This document shows positions 46,039 to 60,337 of a stretch of DNA of 64,000 nucleotides, one piece after another. The notes beneath the pieces were generated by a model. It did no database searches, was not told the origin of the DNA, and worked only from the letters and a program-made list of their open reading frames with translations. The number at the start of each line of letters is the position of its first letter. Within the stretch, counting starts at the first letter, position 1. The DNA comes from Eledone cirrhosa (lineage: Eukaryota), in assembly GCA_964016885.1 (NCBI GenBank), contig OZ024749.1:7254001-7318000 (forward strand), given 5' to 3'. The position numbers and the translations under genes were made by a program.

Positions 46039-46086
<48 letters not shown>

Positions 46087-46173
46087 TTGTATATATATAT
46101 AGATACTTGTATATATATATATATAAATATATATATATATACATACTTGTATTTATATATATATATACATACT

Positions 46174-46221
<48 letters not shown>

Positions 46222-46311
46222 TATATATATATATATGTATACATACATATATATACATATACACATATGTACATATGCATACATATATACATACATATAT
46301 TCACATTTTAT

Positions 46312-46387
<76 letters not shown>

Positions 46388-47164
46388 CTCCAAACAATTT
46401 GTAGAGTGCTTCGAATCTGTTATATATAAATTTGTTGAATAACCAACAAATTAAATATCTCTTTGCTTATATATATATGTGTGTGTGTGTACGTGTGTAC
46501 ATATATGTATGCATATATATATTATTTATACATATATATATTATTTATACATATATATATATGTACACACGATATATATATATGAGTGTGTACATACACA
46601 CACATATATATATATATACTTATTTATATATATATATATATATAAATAAGTATATATATGTGTGTGTGTATGTGTACACACTCATATATATATATCGTGT
46701 GTACATATATATATATATGTGTATATATATATGTATATATATATATGTATATATATATATACATATATATATACACACACATATATATACATAAATGTGT
46801 CTGTTACTCACTCATCGTCTCTATCCCCCCCCCCCACACCATTCACTTTACTTCTATAATTAATTAAATCCTCATACTTTCCTTCTTTCTCCTCCTTTGG
46901 GCTAAATCTCAGCTATTCACGAAGAACAGTATCACGCACACACACACATACACACAGACACACACACATGTATATATACATACACACACACACACACACA
47001 CACGTGTGTATATATATATATATATATACATACAAACACACATACATACATGCATACACACATGTATACAGACATTCACACAGAAACACACATACATACA
47101 CAGTGACTTGTTCGTCATTGTCATTGAGTAGGACCTAACTATAAATATTGTTCAACACAATGCA

Positions 47165-47945
47165 TCTTCACCACCACCACCACCACCATTAATACTACTA
47201 CTAACACCACCACCACAACCACAACCACCATTAATACTACTACTAACACCACCAAAACCACAACCACCATTAATACTACTACCACTACTACCACCACCAC
47301 AACCACTCCAACATTAACAACCCACCACAACCACCATTAATACTGCTATAACTACTACCACAACCTCAACCACTCCAACACTAACACCCCACCACAACCA
47401 CCATTAATACTGCTACAACTACTACCACAACCACAACCACTCCAACACTAACACCCCACCACAACCACCATTAATACTGCTACAACTACTACCACAACCA
47501 CAACCACTCCAACACTAACAACCCACCACAACCACCATTAATACTGCTACAACTACTACCACAACCACAACCACTCCAACACTAACAACCCACCACAACC
47601 ACCATTAATACTGCTACAACTACTACCACAACCACAACCACTCCAACACTAACAACCCACCACAACCACCATTAATACTGCTACAACTACTACCACAACC
47701 ACAACCACTCCAACACTAACAACCCACCACAACCACCATTAATACTGCTACAACTACTACCACAACCACAACCACTCCAACACTAACAACCCACCACAAC
47801 CACCATTAATACTAATACCACTACTACCACCATCACAACCACTCCAACACTAACACCCCACCACAACCACCATTAATACTGCTACAACTACTACCACAAC
47901 CACAACCACTCCAACACTAACACCCCACCACCACCACCACCACAA
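47165..47945. repeat. ~67 bp minisatellite
   Basis: accaccattaatactgctacaactactaccac at 47464, 47531, 47598 and onward. Confidence 0.9.
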
Positions 47946-48080
47946 TTAATTATATCTCCCCCAACAACCACTTCTATCGCCACTACCACCACCACCACCA
48001 CCACCACCACCACTCCAACAATAACACGCCACCACACATCTATCACCACCAACACCACCAACACCACTCCAACAATAACA

Positions 48081-48397
48081 GTGGGGCTGACCACTGGATG
48101 AGTAATTGTGTTGAGTGGGGGTCACCACTCGATGAGTGGTTGTGTTGAGTGGGGATGACCACTCGATGAGTGGCTGTGCAGAGTGGGGGTGACCACTGGA
48201 TGAGTGATTGTGTTGAGTGGGGGTGACCACTGGATGAGTGGTTGTGTTGAGTGGGGATGACCACTCGATGAGTGGCTGTGCAGAGTGGGGGTGACCACTG
48301 GATGAGTGATTGTGTTGAGTGAGGGTGACCACTGGATGAGTGGTTGTGTTGAGTGGGGATGACCACTCGATGAGTGGCTGTGCTGAGTGGGGGTGAC
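48081..48397. repeat. 34-35 bp minisatellite (~9 copies, 3-unit higher order)
   Basis: Unit gagtggggrtgaccactsgatgagtgrytgtgyw. Confidence 0.9.
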
Positions 48398-49402
48398 GTT
48401 GGATATTAATCGTGAACATATCTCTTCAGAAATCCTTTCAATTGTGAAGAGTTGCTCCCTTCTGGGCCTTCTTTAGGCGTCTCGGGATACGCAACCATTG
48501 AGCATTGATCCAACTCCGCCTAGATATGTCACCCACCCATCACCAGTTCTCACAGCGTGGGGTGGAGACTACAATAAATTCTTTCTAGCAGGCCCCAGTA
48601 TCGAAGCCCTGATCAAGTCCCATGTTACACCACACCACATGAGGGACGATGTGGTAGGATTGCTTTCATCGCATCTGATCATACTGCAGTTTTGGCTTAT
48701 TGGTCTTATTCCTGCAAAATCATTTCTCTTGATGATAAATACACACCACCACCACAACAACGTCACCGCCACCAACACATCTCCACCACCACCATCACCG
48801 CCACCGACGTCACAGTCACCGACGTCACCACCACCACCACCAGCGCCACTGACGTCACCACCACCACCGACGTCACCGCCACCACTACGCCACCACCACC
48901 GACACTGTTACTGTCATTTAACGTCCGTTTTCCCTGCTAAGAAAGGACAAACGTGCCACAGCAGAAATATCAGTATTTAATCAGCTCTTGGGACCTTTCA
49001 GGGGATACGGGTATCTGAATCTCACGCATATACCTTTCTATACTTTACCAAATATACTGGCTGTGTTTTATCGGGCACCTGCACGGGGGTAGCTGCCATT
49101 GTCAGGTCCGTGACAAAACTGAATGGCCCTCACGATCTTTTGTTTTACTAAACAAATAACTCGTAGTGGAATCTCTAGATTAGCACAAGGCGTGATAGAT
49201 ATAGCTATTATATATTCATAAAATCCCACATATACTGTGAAGGCATCGTTTAAACTGCACGGCAAGGCCCTACTTATAAAATAACATATCCATAGAAGCG
49301 AGGTTCGTAACTGACAAATTGAACACTATGCACAACTTTATCTTCAAATACCAAAACCAATTTCACTACAAATAGGCCATCCTTAAGATAGCGTGTTAGC
49401 GC

Positions 49403-49488
<86 letters not shown>

Positions 49489-49490
<2 letters not shown>

Positions 49491-49639
49491 TCCAGACTTA
49501 GTCCAGAATTAGCCGTCGAAACGGCTTGAGCTCAGCCGTCGGGGTCCTACTCGTTCATATTACCCACTCTACTACCCTAAGTATTGAGTACTTTGGTGCG
49601 TTATGGCCCACCTGGTTCCTTACCACATTTCCTTCGTTA
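49489..49639 (+). mobile_element. Family P cassette
   Basis: ttagtccagaattagccgtcgaaacggcttgagctcagccgtcgggg...ttccttcgtt(AT)n. Confidence 0.8.
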
Positions 49640-49649
49640 TATATATATA

Positions 49650-51128
49650 TATAGATAATTTAATATATCAACTAACATAAGCGCACAGATGCACGCCTAT
49701 GCCGGCAAATACACAGGTTATGTCATAGTAACTAGGTGGTTCAATGCAGGAGGATGCAGAACAATAATATAAAAGACGTAAAATAAGAAAATCTTTAAAA
49801 AAAAATTTTTTTTTAAAATTTTTACTTACTTAAATTTTCACTCCAACTAATTAGTTTCTGCAATGGGATAAAGACAGTTACGTAATCTAACTGTCGAGAA
49901 TTTATTGCGTCATCAGGGAGTCTATTCTCAGCTAAGTCTCCAGGCAATGCGCGGACACTGGCGGCTCATATAAAAATAATAATAATTCGGTAGATGGAAC
50001 AGCTAGCGAGGACTGATTCCATGCACTGAAATCCTCACTGCCTCTAGTCAAATGGCCGATTCTAAAGAATCAATCACGTGACACAGAGGCTAGTCAGAAG
50101 GAATGGGATGGTAAGATGACAGACGCCTACTAACACCCCCCCAAAAAATTTTTTTTAGAAGTGGTTTTGGCAGGTTTGCTCGACAAATCAGTGATTTGGA
50201 GATAAATATAGATAATTTAATATATCAACTAACATAAGCGCACAGATGCACGCCTATGCCAGCAAATACACAGGTTATGTCATAGTACCTAGGTGGTTCA
50301 ATGCAGGAGGATGCAGAACAATAATATAAAAGACGTAAAATAAGAAAATCTTTTTTAAAAAAAATTTTTTTAAAACATTTTTACTTACTTACTTAAATTT
50401 TCACTCCAACTAATTAGTTTCTGCAATGGGATAAAGACAGTTACGTAATCTAACTGTCGAGAATTCATTGCGTCATCAGGGAGTCCCATTGCAGAAACTA
50501 ATTAGTTGGAGTGAAAATTTAAGTAAGTAAGTAAAAATTTAAAAAAAAAATTTTTTTAAAAGATTTTCTTATTTTACGTCTTTTATATTATTGTTCTGCA
50601 TCCTCCTGCATTGAACCACCTAGGTACTATGACATAACCTGTGTATTTGCTGGCATAGGCGTGCATCTGTGCGCTTATGTTAGTTGATATATTAAATTAT
50701 CTATATTTATCTCCAAATCACTGATTTGTCGAGCAAAACGATCTCTAAAAAAAATTTTTTGGGGGGTGTTAGTAGGCGTCTGTCATCTTACCATCCCATT
50801 CCTTCTGACTAGCCTCTGTGTCACGTGATTGATTCTTTAGAATCGGCCATTTGACTAGAGGCAGTGAGGATTTCAGTGCATGGAATTCAGTCCTCGCTAT
50901 AGCTGTTCCATCTACCGAATTATTATTATTTTTATATGAGCCGCCAGTGTCCGCGCATTGCCTGGAGACTTATCTGAGAATAGACTCCCTGATGACGCAA
51001 TGAATTCTCGACAGTTAGATTACGTAACTGTCTTTATCCCATTGCAGAAACTAATTAGTTGGAGTGAAAATTTAAGTAAGTAAAAATTAAAAAAAAAAAA
51101 TTTTTTTAAAAGATTTTCTTATTTTACG

Positions 51129-51137
<9 letters not shown>
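49650..51137. mobile_element. Tandem ~560 bp hammerhead-bearing units followed by an inverted copy (retrozyme/pLTR-like); further copy 51670-52352
   Basis: Unit start tagataatttaatatatcaactaac at ~49652 and ~50210; inversion junction at 50484/50485. Confidence 0.8.
50984..51065 (+). ncRNA. Type I hammerhead with extended stem II (copies 49840-49921 -, 50403-50484 -, decayed 51854-51935 -)
   Basis: ACTCC-CTGATGA-cGCAATG..GACAGTTA..TAACTGTC..CATTGCa-GAAA-CTAATTAG-TT-GGAGT. Confidence 0.8.
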
Positions 51138-51205
<68 letters not shown>

Positions 51206-51540
51206 CACGAACATGCTATCTTAAGAATAAATAAATAAATGAAATAAAAATGGCGTAGACATTACAATACAACGGGAGAAAACATAATGGTACCACCGAG
51301 GATGTCCCAGATGTGTGACGAAAGAACTTTGATAGACTATATACACGTATATATACATTCATATCTGTATTTTGAACCGTTGGTCAATCAATGATAAACA
51401 TTGATTGCCAGAAGTTAACTATGGAGATATAAAAGATACAGAAGCGAAAGCTAATCTAAAACAAACAGTCAGAGTCTTTTGTTATTATTTTTAGCGATAT
51501 TATAACAACATGACCCTCCCCACCAAATATAACAATATGT

Positions 51541-51594
<54 letters not shown>

Positions 51595-52448
51595 TGTATA
51601 TATATTAGGCATGAACCGAAGATGTAGCTGTTGTACAGCAGGTACTATATATATATATATATAGAGAGAGAGAGAATTTAGTATATCTACTAACATATGC
51701 GTACAGATGTACGCTAATGCCAGCAAATACACAGGTTATGTCATAGTACCTAGGTGGTTCAATGCAGGAGGATGCAGAACAATAATATAAAAGTCGTAAA
51801 ATAAGAAAATTTTAAAAAAATTTTAAAAAATTAACTTACTTACTAAAATTTTCACTCCAACTAATTAGTTTCTGCAATGGGATAAAGACAGTTACGTAAT
51901 AAACTGTTGAGAATTCATTGCGTCATCAAGGAGGTCTATTCTCAGCTAAGTCTCCAGGCAATGCGCGGACACTGGGGACTCATATAAAAATAATAATAAT
52001 TCGGTAAATGGAACAGCTAGCGGGGACTGGATTCCATGTACTGAAAATCTCGCTGTCACTGGTCAAATGGCAGATTCTAAAGAATCAATCACGTGACACT
52101 GAGGCTAGTCGGTAGGAGTGGGATGGTAAGATGACAGAAGCCTACTAACACACCAAAAAATTAGTAGTGGTTTTGGCAGGTTTGCTCGACAAATAAGTGA
52201 TTTGGAGATAAATATAGAGAATTTAGTATATCTACTAACATAAGCGCACAGATGTACGCTAATGCCAGCAAATACACAGGTTATGTCAAAATTTTAGTAA
52301 GTAAGTTAATTTTTTAAAATCTTTTTAAAATTTTCTTATTTTACGACTTTTATATATATATATATATATATATATACATTATGAAGAGAGAAGAAACATT
52401 TAGATATAATTAGTAATAAAATGTATCATACCTAAACTGCTCCTAGAT

Positions 52449-52538
52449 TCCTCGACTACGTAGTTTCGTGGCATAAACAAAAACAATACATCATAAAAAT
52501 ATAGAGTCCCTGCGAGGTCTGCCGACTTATCAAGAGGA
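52449..52538 (-). ncRNA. Decayed hammerhead
   Basis: TCCTC-TTGATAA-GTCGGCA...TGCCAC-GAAA-CTACGTAG-TC-GAGGA; two core transitions. Confidence 0.5.
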
Positions 52539-53021
52539 TACCTCATTTTACTAGTCTCAAGAACGCGTCTACACGACGTGAGAAAGAATCCCAAAAGGCG
52601 GAGGGGGAGATAGTCACGCGATATAACGGTCGAGAAACAGAGCTAAGCCTCTTATAACCCCGAAGAAAATACCACAGAGGCGGAGGGGGTATTTATATCG
52701 AAGCCGTAGAAGAGGTGGTGAATGAGGCGAGAAGTATGAGTAATGGCAGCTTTCCAGCAGCCACCACACTTCAAAGATTACTCAACCAGAGGGAGTTATT
52801 AACAATATATTTAGAAACACACAGTTACATGCGGTCACACACATATACATGAATGCATCCACACCCAACCGTGAGTTAAGAGTGCCAACCTCACCGATGT
52901 TGCTCAATGAATGACTGGGACAGACCAATCTGGTTGAACTAGACTGAACCAGTATCAGAGTTAAAAATATAAGTTGTATATATATTAGGCATGAACCGAA
53001 GATGTAGCTGTTGTACAGCAG

Positions 53022-53059
<38 letters not shown>

Positions 53060-53122
53060 CATATATATATATGTGTGTTATATATATATATATATATGGT
53101 ACTATATATATATATACATATG

Positions 53123-53163
<41 letters not shown>

Positions 53164-53188
53164 ATATATATATATATATATATATATG

Positions 53189-53220
<32 letters not shown>

Positions 53221-53346
53221 TATATATATATATATATATGCTATATATATATGTTATATATATGTTATATATATATGTTATATATATATGTTATATATAT
53301 ATGTTATATATATATATGTTATATATATATATGTTATATATATATG

Positions 53347-53407
<61 letters not shown>

Positions 53408-54041
53408 ATATATATATATATGTTATATATATATATATATGTTATATATATATATATATGTTATATATATATATATATGTTATATATATATATATATATG
53501 TTATATATATATATGTTATATATATATATATGTTATATATATATATATATGTTATATATATATATATATGTTATATATATATATGTTATATATATATATA
53601 TGTTATATATATATATGTTATATATATATATATGTTATATATATATATATGTTATATATATATATGTTATATATATACCAGGTATAAATCGAAGTTGTAT
53701 GTGCAGGTCTGTATATCACCAAATTCATTAGACTCCTTCAATTAATTTAAATAGTATATGGCGATGATATAAGCTTTACTTTAGCCGCTATAATTAATGG
53801 CGCGTGCTAGAGGAAATATATAAAGTATGTTGTACTGAGAAGAACCGCAGAGCAGAAGTCAGCTTCGTAAATATGTAATTAAACGTCCATGAGGAATAGA
53901 ATGCGAGGACGTGAAGAATAAGGATTTTGATGATAGTTATGATTGCAATGATAATTAGAATATGACAACAACATCAACAACAACAACACCAACACCAACA
54001 TTAATGATAATGGTGATGATTATGACGATAACAATAGCAAC

Positions 54042-54103
<62 letters not shown>

Positions 54104-54266
54104 GTACATCACAAGTCTAAACACTAAAGATGCATGTGTGAGTATGTATGTTCTTTCTTGAACATGGCGGACCTTGTTGTCTCTTGAGGTCACTGGTTGT
54201 GACTTGGTGATAACTCGTATGAACATAAAGCAAGATAAATGCAACTGTAATAATAATAATAATAAT

Positions 54267-56964
54267 TGGAAAGACATTGGAAAGCTTGAGTCCCTACTGA
54301 ATGGGACATTAAAAGACATTGGAAAGCTTGAGTTCCTTCTGAATGGGACATTAAAAAACATAGACACTAAAAATAGACTGGAAATAAAGTACAAAACTAG
54401 GAGGAAAAAGCTAAATATGATCATAGAGGAACTGAAGCAACGCATTGTAGCAAAGAGTGCAAAAATTAGGCGATACGAGAGCAGAGTCAGTCAGTATAGA
54501 CAGAACCGCATGTTTGACAACAACCAGAAGATGCTGTTTGGACAGCTTGAAGGAAAAGAAAGAGGCAACGACTTGATCCCTGAGGCGGAACAAACTAAGA
54601 CATTCTGGAGAGGAATATGGGAGCAGGATGTTAACATAATGACCAGGCAGTGTGAATTGAGACAGTTAAAAAGGAGATTAGTGAACAGGCACACCAACAA
54701 ACTGATTTGAGCATCACAGTTGAAACTCTTAAGGGGCAAGCCAAAAAACTAACCAACTGGAAATCACCAGGCCCAGATGGTGTGCGGGGTATTGGATTAA
54801 AAATATAACATCCCTCCACCCGAAACTGACAACCATGTTCAATGACTGCTTGATGTCAGGTGAGGTACCAGAGTGGTTGACAAAAGGTACCTCAGTTCTG
54901 GTAATGAAAGACCGAATCAAGGGTAATGATGTTACCAACTATAGACCTATCACATGTCTTTCCGTAATGTGGAAACTGTTGACAGGCATTATGTCTGAGG
55001 AAATCTACCATCACCTGCACACAAACAACTTGTTACCGGACGAACAGAAAGGATGCTGAAAGAAGTCCCGTGGTACAAAGGACCAGTTACTTATTGATAA
55101 GATGGTAATGAGGAATTGCAAGAGGAGACACACTGGTCTTGCCATGGGATGGATAGACTACAAAAAGGCATTTGACATGGTGCCTCATTCTTGGATCATC
55201 AAAAGCCTAGAGATCTTCAAGGTGGCAGATAACATCAGACAGTTGTTGGGCAAAAGTATGAAGTCCTGGAAAACAGAGTTAACATCAGCTGGAGAATCCT
55301 TGGGAGGCGTGAAGATCAAGAGAGATATCTTCCAGGGAGATAGTCTGTCCCCTCTGTTGTTTGTCCTTGCCCTGATGCCCCTGACCAATATACTGCGAAA
55401 AGTGAGAGCAGGATACAAGTTAGGAAAGGGTGAGCTTACCATCAATCATCTCCTCTTCATGGACGATCTTAAGCTCTTCGGGAAGAGTGAGAAGAAGTTG
55501 GATGTGCTTGTTGACACTGTCCGTATTTTCAGCAATGATATATGTATGCAATTTGGTATTAGTAAGTGTGGAGTCCTTGTGATGAAGAGGGGTAAATTGA
55601 GCAGAAGCAACGGAATCCAGGTACCAACAGGTGAGATGATAAAGGAAATTGACACTGAAGAAGGATACACGTATGTGGGTGTTCTGGAGGCTGATGACAT
55701 CAAGAACAAAAAAATGAAGGAATTGATAAGATCTGAATACATTCGGAGAGTAAGGAGCGCATTAAAGTCACATCTGAACAGTAGGAATGCCATAAGTGCA
55801 GTAAATTCTCGAGCTGTGTCTATTATTAGGTACAGTGCGGGAATTCTGAGATGGAATGTTGCTGAACAATAAGAAATGGATAGGAAGACTAGGAAGCTAT
55901 TGACTATCTACAACATGTTCCACAAGAGGAGTGATGTCGATAGACTCTACTTAAGGAGATCTGAAGGTGGAAGAGGTCTTATCAGCATAGAGGACTGTGT
56001 TTAGATGGAGAAAAACAACCTACACAAATACGTGACTGATAGTAAGGAGCCAATGCTCAGAATTGTACTGAAGGAGAGGACAGTAGACCAGGGGATATCC
56101 AAGGAGGAAATAACAAGGAGAAACAGCAGCCTTCATGAAAAATCCCTTCATAGTACCTTCTTTGAGAAAACTGAATTCAGAGATCCACAGACATGGAACT
56201 GTTTGAAAAGAGGAGACCTTAAAAGGGCTACAGAAGGAATGCTAATAGCTGCGCAGGAGCAGGCCCTCAAAACGAAGTGGTTCAAACACCATATTTACAA
56301 GGAGGAAGCTTGCCCACTGTGCAGGATCTGTGGAGAGAGAGAGGAGACTGTGGCTCATATTGTATCCGAGTGTAAACACATAGCCCAGACTCACTATAAG
56401 GGCTGGAGACATGATGTGATGGGCAGGGTGATCCACTAGCACCTATGTAAAGTAAACAATTTACCACATTCTGAGAAGTGGTATGAGCATAAGCCAGAGT
56501 CGGTGATAGAAAACGATCAGGTGAAGGTGCTGTGGGATTTTAGGATACAGACGGACAAGAAACTGGAACACAATAGACCTGACCTGGTGGTTTTGGACAA
56601 GGAAAAAAGATCGTGCCTGATTGTGGATGTGGCCTGCCCATTCGACACGAGAGTACAAGAGAAGGAGAGGAGAAAATTAACCGATACCAGGACTTAAAGT
56701 GGGAGGTAAAAAGGATTTGGAACTGCCATGAAGTCAAAGTGGTCCCGATTGTCATAGGCGCACTAGGGACTATCTCAAAATGTTTCCAGGGATGGTTAAA
56801 GAAAATTGGCCCCTTCACGCTTTTTGGAACGCTTCAAAAGGCATGCTTGCTGGGAACAGCAAGAACCCTCCGATACGTCCTGAATATCTGAGGCTGCAGG
56901 TAGTGGCTTGATATTCATTTCAACAAACTCTCCAGTTAACTAACATCAATGACTGAGACTCAAA
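54267..56964 (+). mobile_element. Dong/R4-clade non-LTR retrotransposon (5' truncated, decayed RT plus RLE) in (TAA)n
   Basis: [46 protein letters not shown]...H..SEC, RPDLVVLD; (taa)n on both sides. Confidence 0.93.
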
Positions 56965-57436
56965 GAATAATGATAATAATAATAATAATAACAATAATGA
57001 TAACAATGGTGACGATAAGAACAACAAAACAACAATAATAATATTAATATAAGCCTCTGAGGGTCCATAATGATAATAATAATAATAACAATAATAATGA
57101 TATTATTAATAAAGATGATGGTGCTGATGATGGTGCTAATGATTTCATTTATTGAAAATAATAATGACTATATCCACAATATCCGACTTTACGATTTATA
57201 GTTATGAATACGAATTGAGTGTATATGAATTGGTAAACGGACAGTTTGGCATTAATAAGGAAAGCGCTGGCACATGCTGATTGATTGTCGCTAGTACCAT
57301 CTGCTCCCAAAGTCATTGAAGTATCTATAATAAGAATTATAATTGCAAAGAGTATGGAATAGGCATTCCTTCGAATATAACATAGTTGATATAAAGTTTT
57401 ATGAAATATGTTATTAGTAAATTTACCATACAACCA

Positions 57437-57683
57437 AAGGCGGCGGATTGGTCGTGTGGTTAGAACGTCAGATAGGATATTCTGGGGTGTTAGTTCTGCC
57501 ACTCTGCTTCGAGCTCAACTTTACCTTTCATCCTTTCGAGGTCGATAAAACAAGTTCCAGTTTAGCACAGGGGCCGATTCTTCCTCTGTATCTCTTGCAC
57601 GTGTCTCTCTATCACTCTCTAATCTTTCCCTGGAAGATATCATCTGTGTTCAAACCTCAACAGATAGGCTCCGCCAGGTTTAA
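57437..57683 (+). mobile_element. SINE family B
   Basis: aaggcggcggattggtcgtgtggttagaacg head, cctttcatcctttcgaggtcgataaaa core, ctccgccaggtttaaa tail. Confidence 0.65.
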
Positions 57684-58093
57684 ATAATTGTTTCTATTTT
57701 TGACAAGGCCAGCAATTATCCCAGTGCATTACTGGTACTTTATTTTATCGACTCCGTAAGTATGAAAGGCAAATGCCTAAGAAACACTATATCAATATGG
57801 CGCCCCTTAGAATCTATTAGTAGTTAGTGGTCCATACATATATTTTTTTCCACCATGTATGTTTGTATATTTATGTCTGCATGTATAAACCCATAACTTC
57901 TGATGGAGTCGGAGGGGTGTTAAATGGACATTCGACTTTTCTAAAACCTGGCGGAGTCCCATCTCTCCAGGTTTGAACACAGTAGGTTTCTTCCAGAAAA
58001 GAATAGAGAATGAGAGAAAGGAAGTGAGAAAGATATATAGAGGATAAATCGACCCCAGTACTAAACTGGTACTTTTTTTTAACGACCTTAAGT

Positions 58094-58906
58094 CAGTGCT
58101 TCTCAAACTATCTGATGTGGCGGACCGGCATTTTTTTTTTCAATGTGCCACGTACCGCTAATATTTCGTAGTTATATTAATTTATACCGGAAATGATATA
58201 TATAATGAATATAATAAAAGTTGACCATTTTTGTACCTTCTATTTATTTTGTAAACAAATAATTGTTTCTACTTTTGGCACAAGGCCAGCAATTATCCCA
58301 GTACATTACTGGTACTTTATTTTATCGACGCCGTAAGGATGAAAGGCAAAGTTAACTTGGGCGGAATTTGAAATCAGAATGACAAGGGCCCTAACTCTAT
58401 GCGTCAAAGCATGGCGTCCGAACCTCTACCGATACTGCCAATCCACCGCTCTGTGTAAACAAATAATACAATATCAATACATATAAAAAAGTAATAAAAA
58501 AATAACAAGCAGTTTATTAATACAAAAATAAAAATTATATAACCTTAATCTTTACTAGTGTGAAAGGTGAGCTTGCTTCTTTAGTCACCGAAATTGTTTC
58601 TGCACGGTCCATTTTCTGTTATTTGACTTTCTTTCTTCATAGAAAACTATGATATATTATCAACTTATATTTTTACTATCAGGTTAATTTACCTATTATT
58701 GTCATATAATTCTCACCCCCAGTTTTCATTGCATAAGGACAAATTACTGAAACTAGCAGTCACAGCCTAAAATTTCCTTGAAATTCTTTAGAGTCTACCA
58801 ATTCTTCAAATGATTCCTTAGCATGGCCTGGACACTGGCCGCGTACCGGTAGCTGATGGCTCGCGTACCGGCACCGGTCCGCGGACCACCACTTTGAGTA
58901 GCAGTG
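58094..58906. mobile_element. hAT (Charlie-like) MITE inserted in a family B SINE
   Basis: TIRs CAGTGCTTCTCAAA / TTTGAGTAGCAGTG; perfect 8 bp TSD ccttaagt. Confidence 0.9.
58264..58453 (-). mobile_element. SINE family A nested in the MITE
   Basis: 14 bp TSD tgtaaacaaataat at 58250 and 58454. Confidence 0.9.
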
Positions 58907-59024
58907 CCTTAAGTGATTGAAATGCAAAGTTTGCCTCGGTGGGATTTGAATTTAGACAACAGAGAGCCGAAATGAATACAGCAGAGCATTCTATCCGACG
59001 TTTTAATGACTTTGCCGCCTATAT

Positions 59025-59058
<34 letters not shown>

Positions 59059-59059
59059 A

Positions 59060-59098
<39 letters not shown>

Positions 59099-59261
59099 GT
59101 ATATATATATAAATATATATATAAATATATACATAAATATATACATATATATATATAAATATTTCGTATCTCCAAAGAAATAGAGTTTTAGGAAGCCGTA
59201 GCTATGCAAACACCGGGGGGCTAACGCCCTCTGGTGATATCCAGCAGAAGCAAGGTGGACA

Positions 59262-59305
59262 ACCGTCTATGCATTTCAGGCTTAACTGGCCTTCGTCAGG
59301 ACGGT
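59262..59305 (-). ncRNA. Minimal type I hammerhead ribozyme
   Basis: ACCGTC-CTGACGA-AGGC CAGTTAA GCCT-GAAA-TGCA-TA-GACGGT. Confidence 0.85.
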
Positions 59306-59479
59306 CCCTCCCACCGCTTGCAACTATATATATCTATCTCTCTCTCTCTCTATATATATATACGTCTATAAATCCTTAAAATTTGTACAGACACATACAA
59401 TCTCACTCACGTTGCTACAAAAAGTTCACTTTCATATCACAACGAGGACCGTACGTCCGTGAGCCGTACACATTTACAG

Positions 59480-59553
<74 letters not shown>

Positions 59554-59821
59554 AAATAGATTAAATTAAATTAAATTAAAGGAGTCATGTCCGAGATATG
59601 CGCCATAACCACATTAGAATAAGCTCAAAGATTCCAATGAATGGATCTGAGCATTTTATATCAACTAGAAATTGATTGACATATATATATATATATTTAA
59701 AATAAACACATGAAACAATCACAGGGGATAATTTGTAAAGTGTGTAATCACACATAGCTAGGTAGGTAACTAATTAAAGTTTAACTAGATCTTCAAATAT
59801 TACCTATTAAACAATGATTAA

Positions 59822-59900
59822 TCCTCCTTGTATATATTTCATTAAAGAAATATATTTCACTAGTCACACTAGTTAAATCTTGGATCTTCAGCAAGGGGGA
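59822..59900 (-). ncRNA. Hammerhead-like motif, stem II degenerate
   Basis: TCCcCCTTG-CTGAAGA...GAAA-TATA-TA-CAAGGaGGA. Confidence 0.55.
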
Positions 59901-60263
59901 AAAAATAACTATCTGTGTTTACGCATCAAATACAAATCTGCGAGTGACCCGTCGCACGTGTTGCAATTCTAAAACTACTAACAACATGCTAGCGTCCTCC
60001 CATTGGCGTGAATAGGGTGGTCGACAGTTATAAATAGCAGCCCAGTTTTTTCAACCGATCCAGCTCTACAGCTAAGGAGCCGTTTATATATCCGAAATAG
60101 ATTAAATTAAATTAAATTAAAGGAGTCATGTCCGAGACATACGCCATATCCACTGTAGATACCTACCTAGCTGTGTGTGATTACACACTTTATAATTTAT
60201 CCCCTGTATATATATATATATGTTTATTTTAAATATATATATATATGTCAATCAATTTCTAGT

Positions 60264-60336
<73 letters not shown>

Positions 60337-60337
<1 letters not shown>

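Noticed and set aside
48081-48397. Hammerhead satellite (CTGGATGA/CTCGATGA)
   Set aside because: Core is not CUGANGA and there is no GAAA
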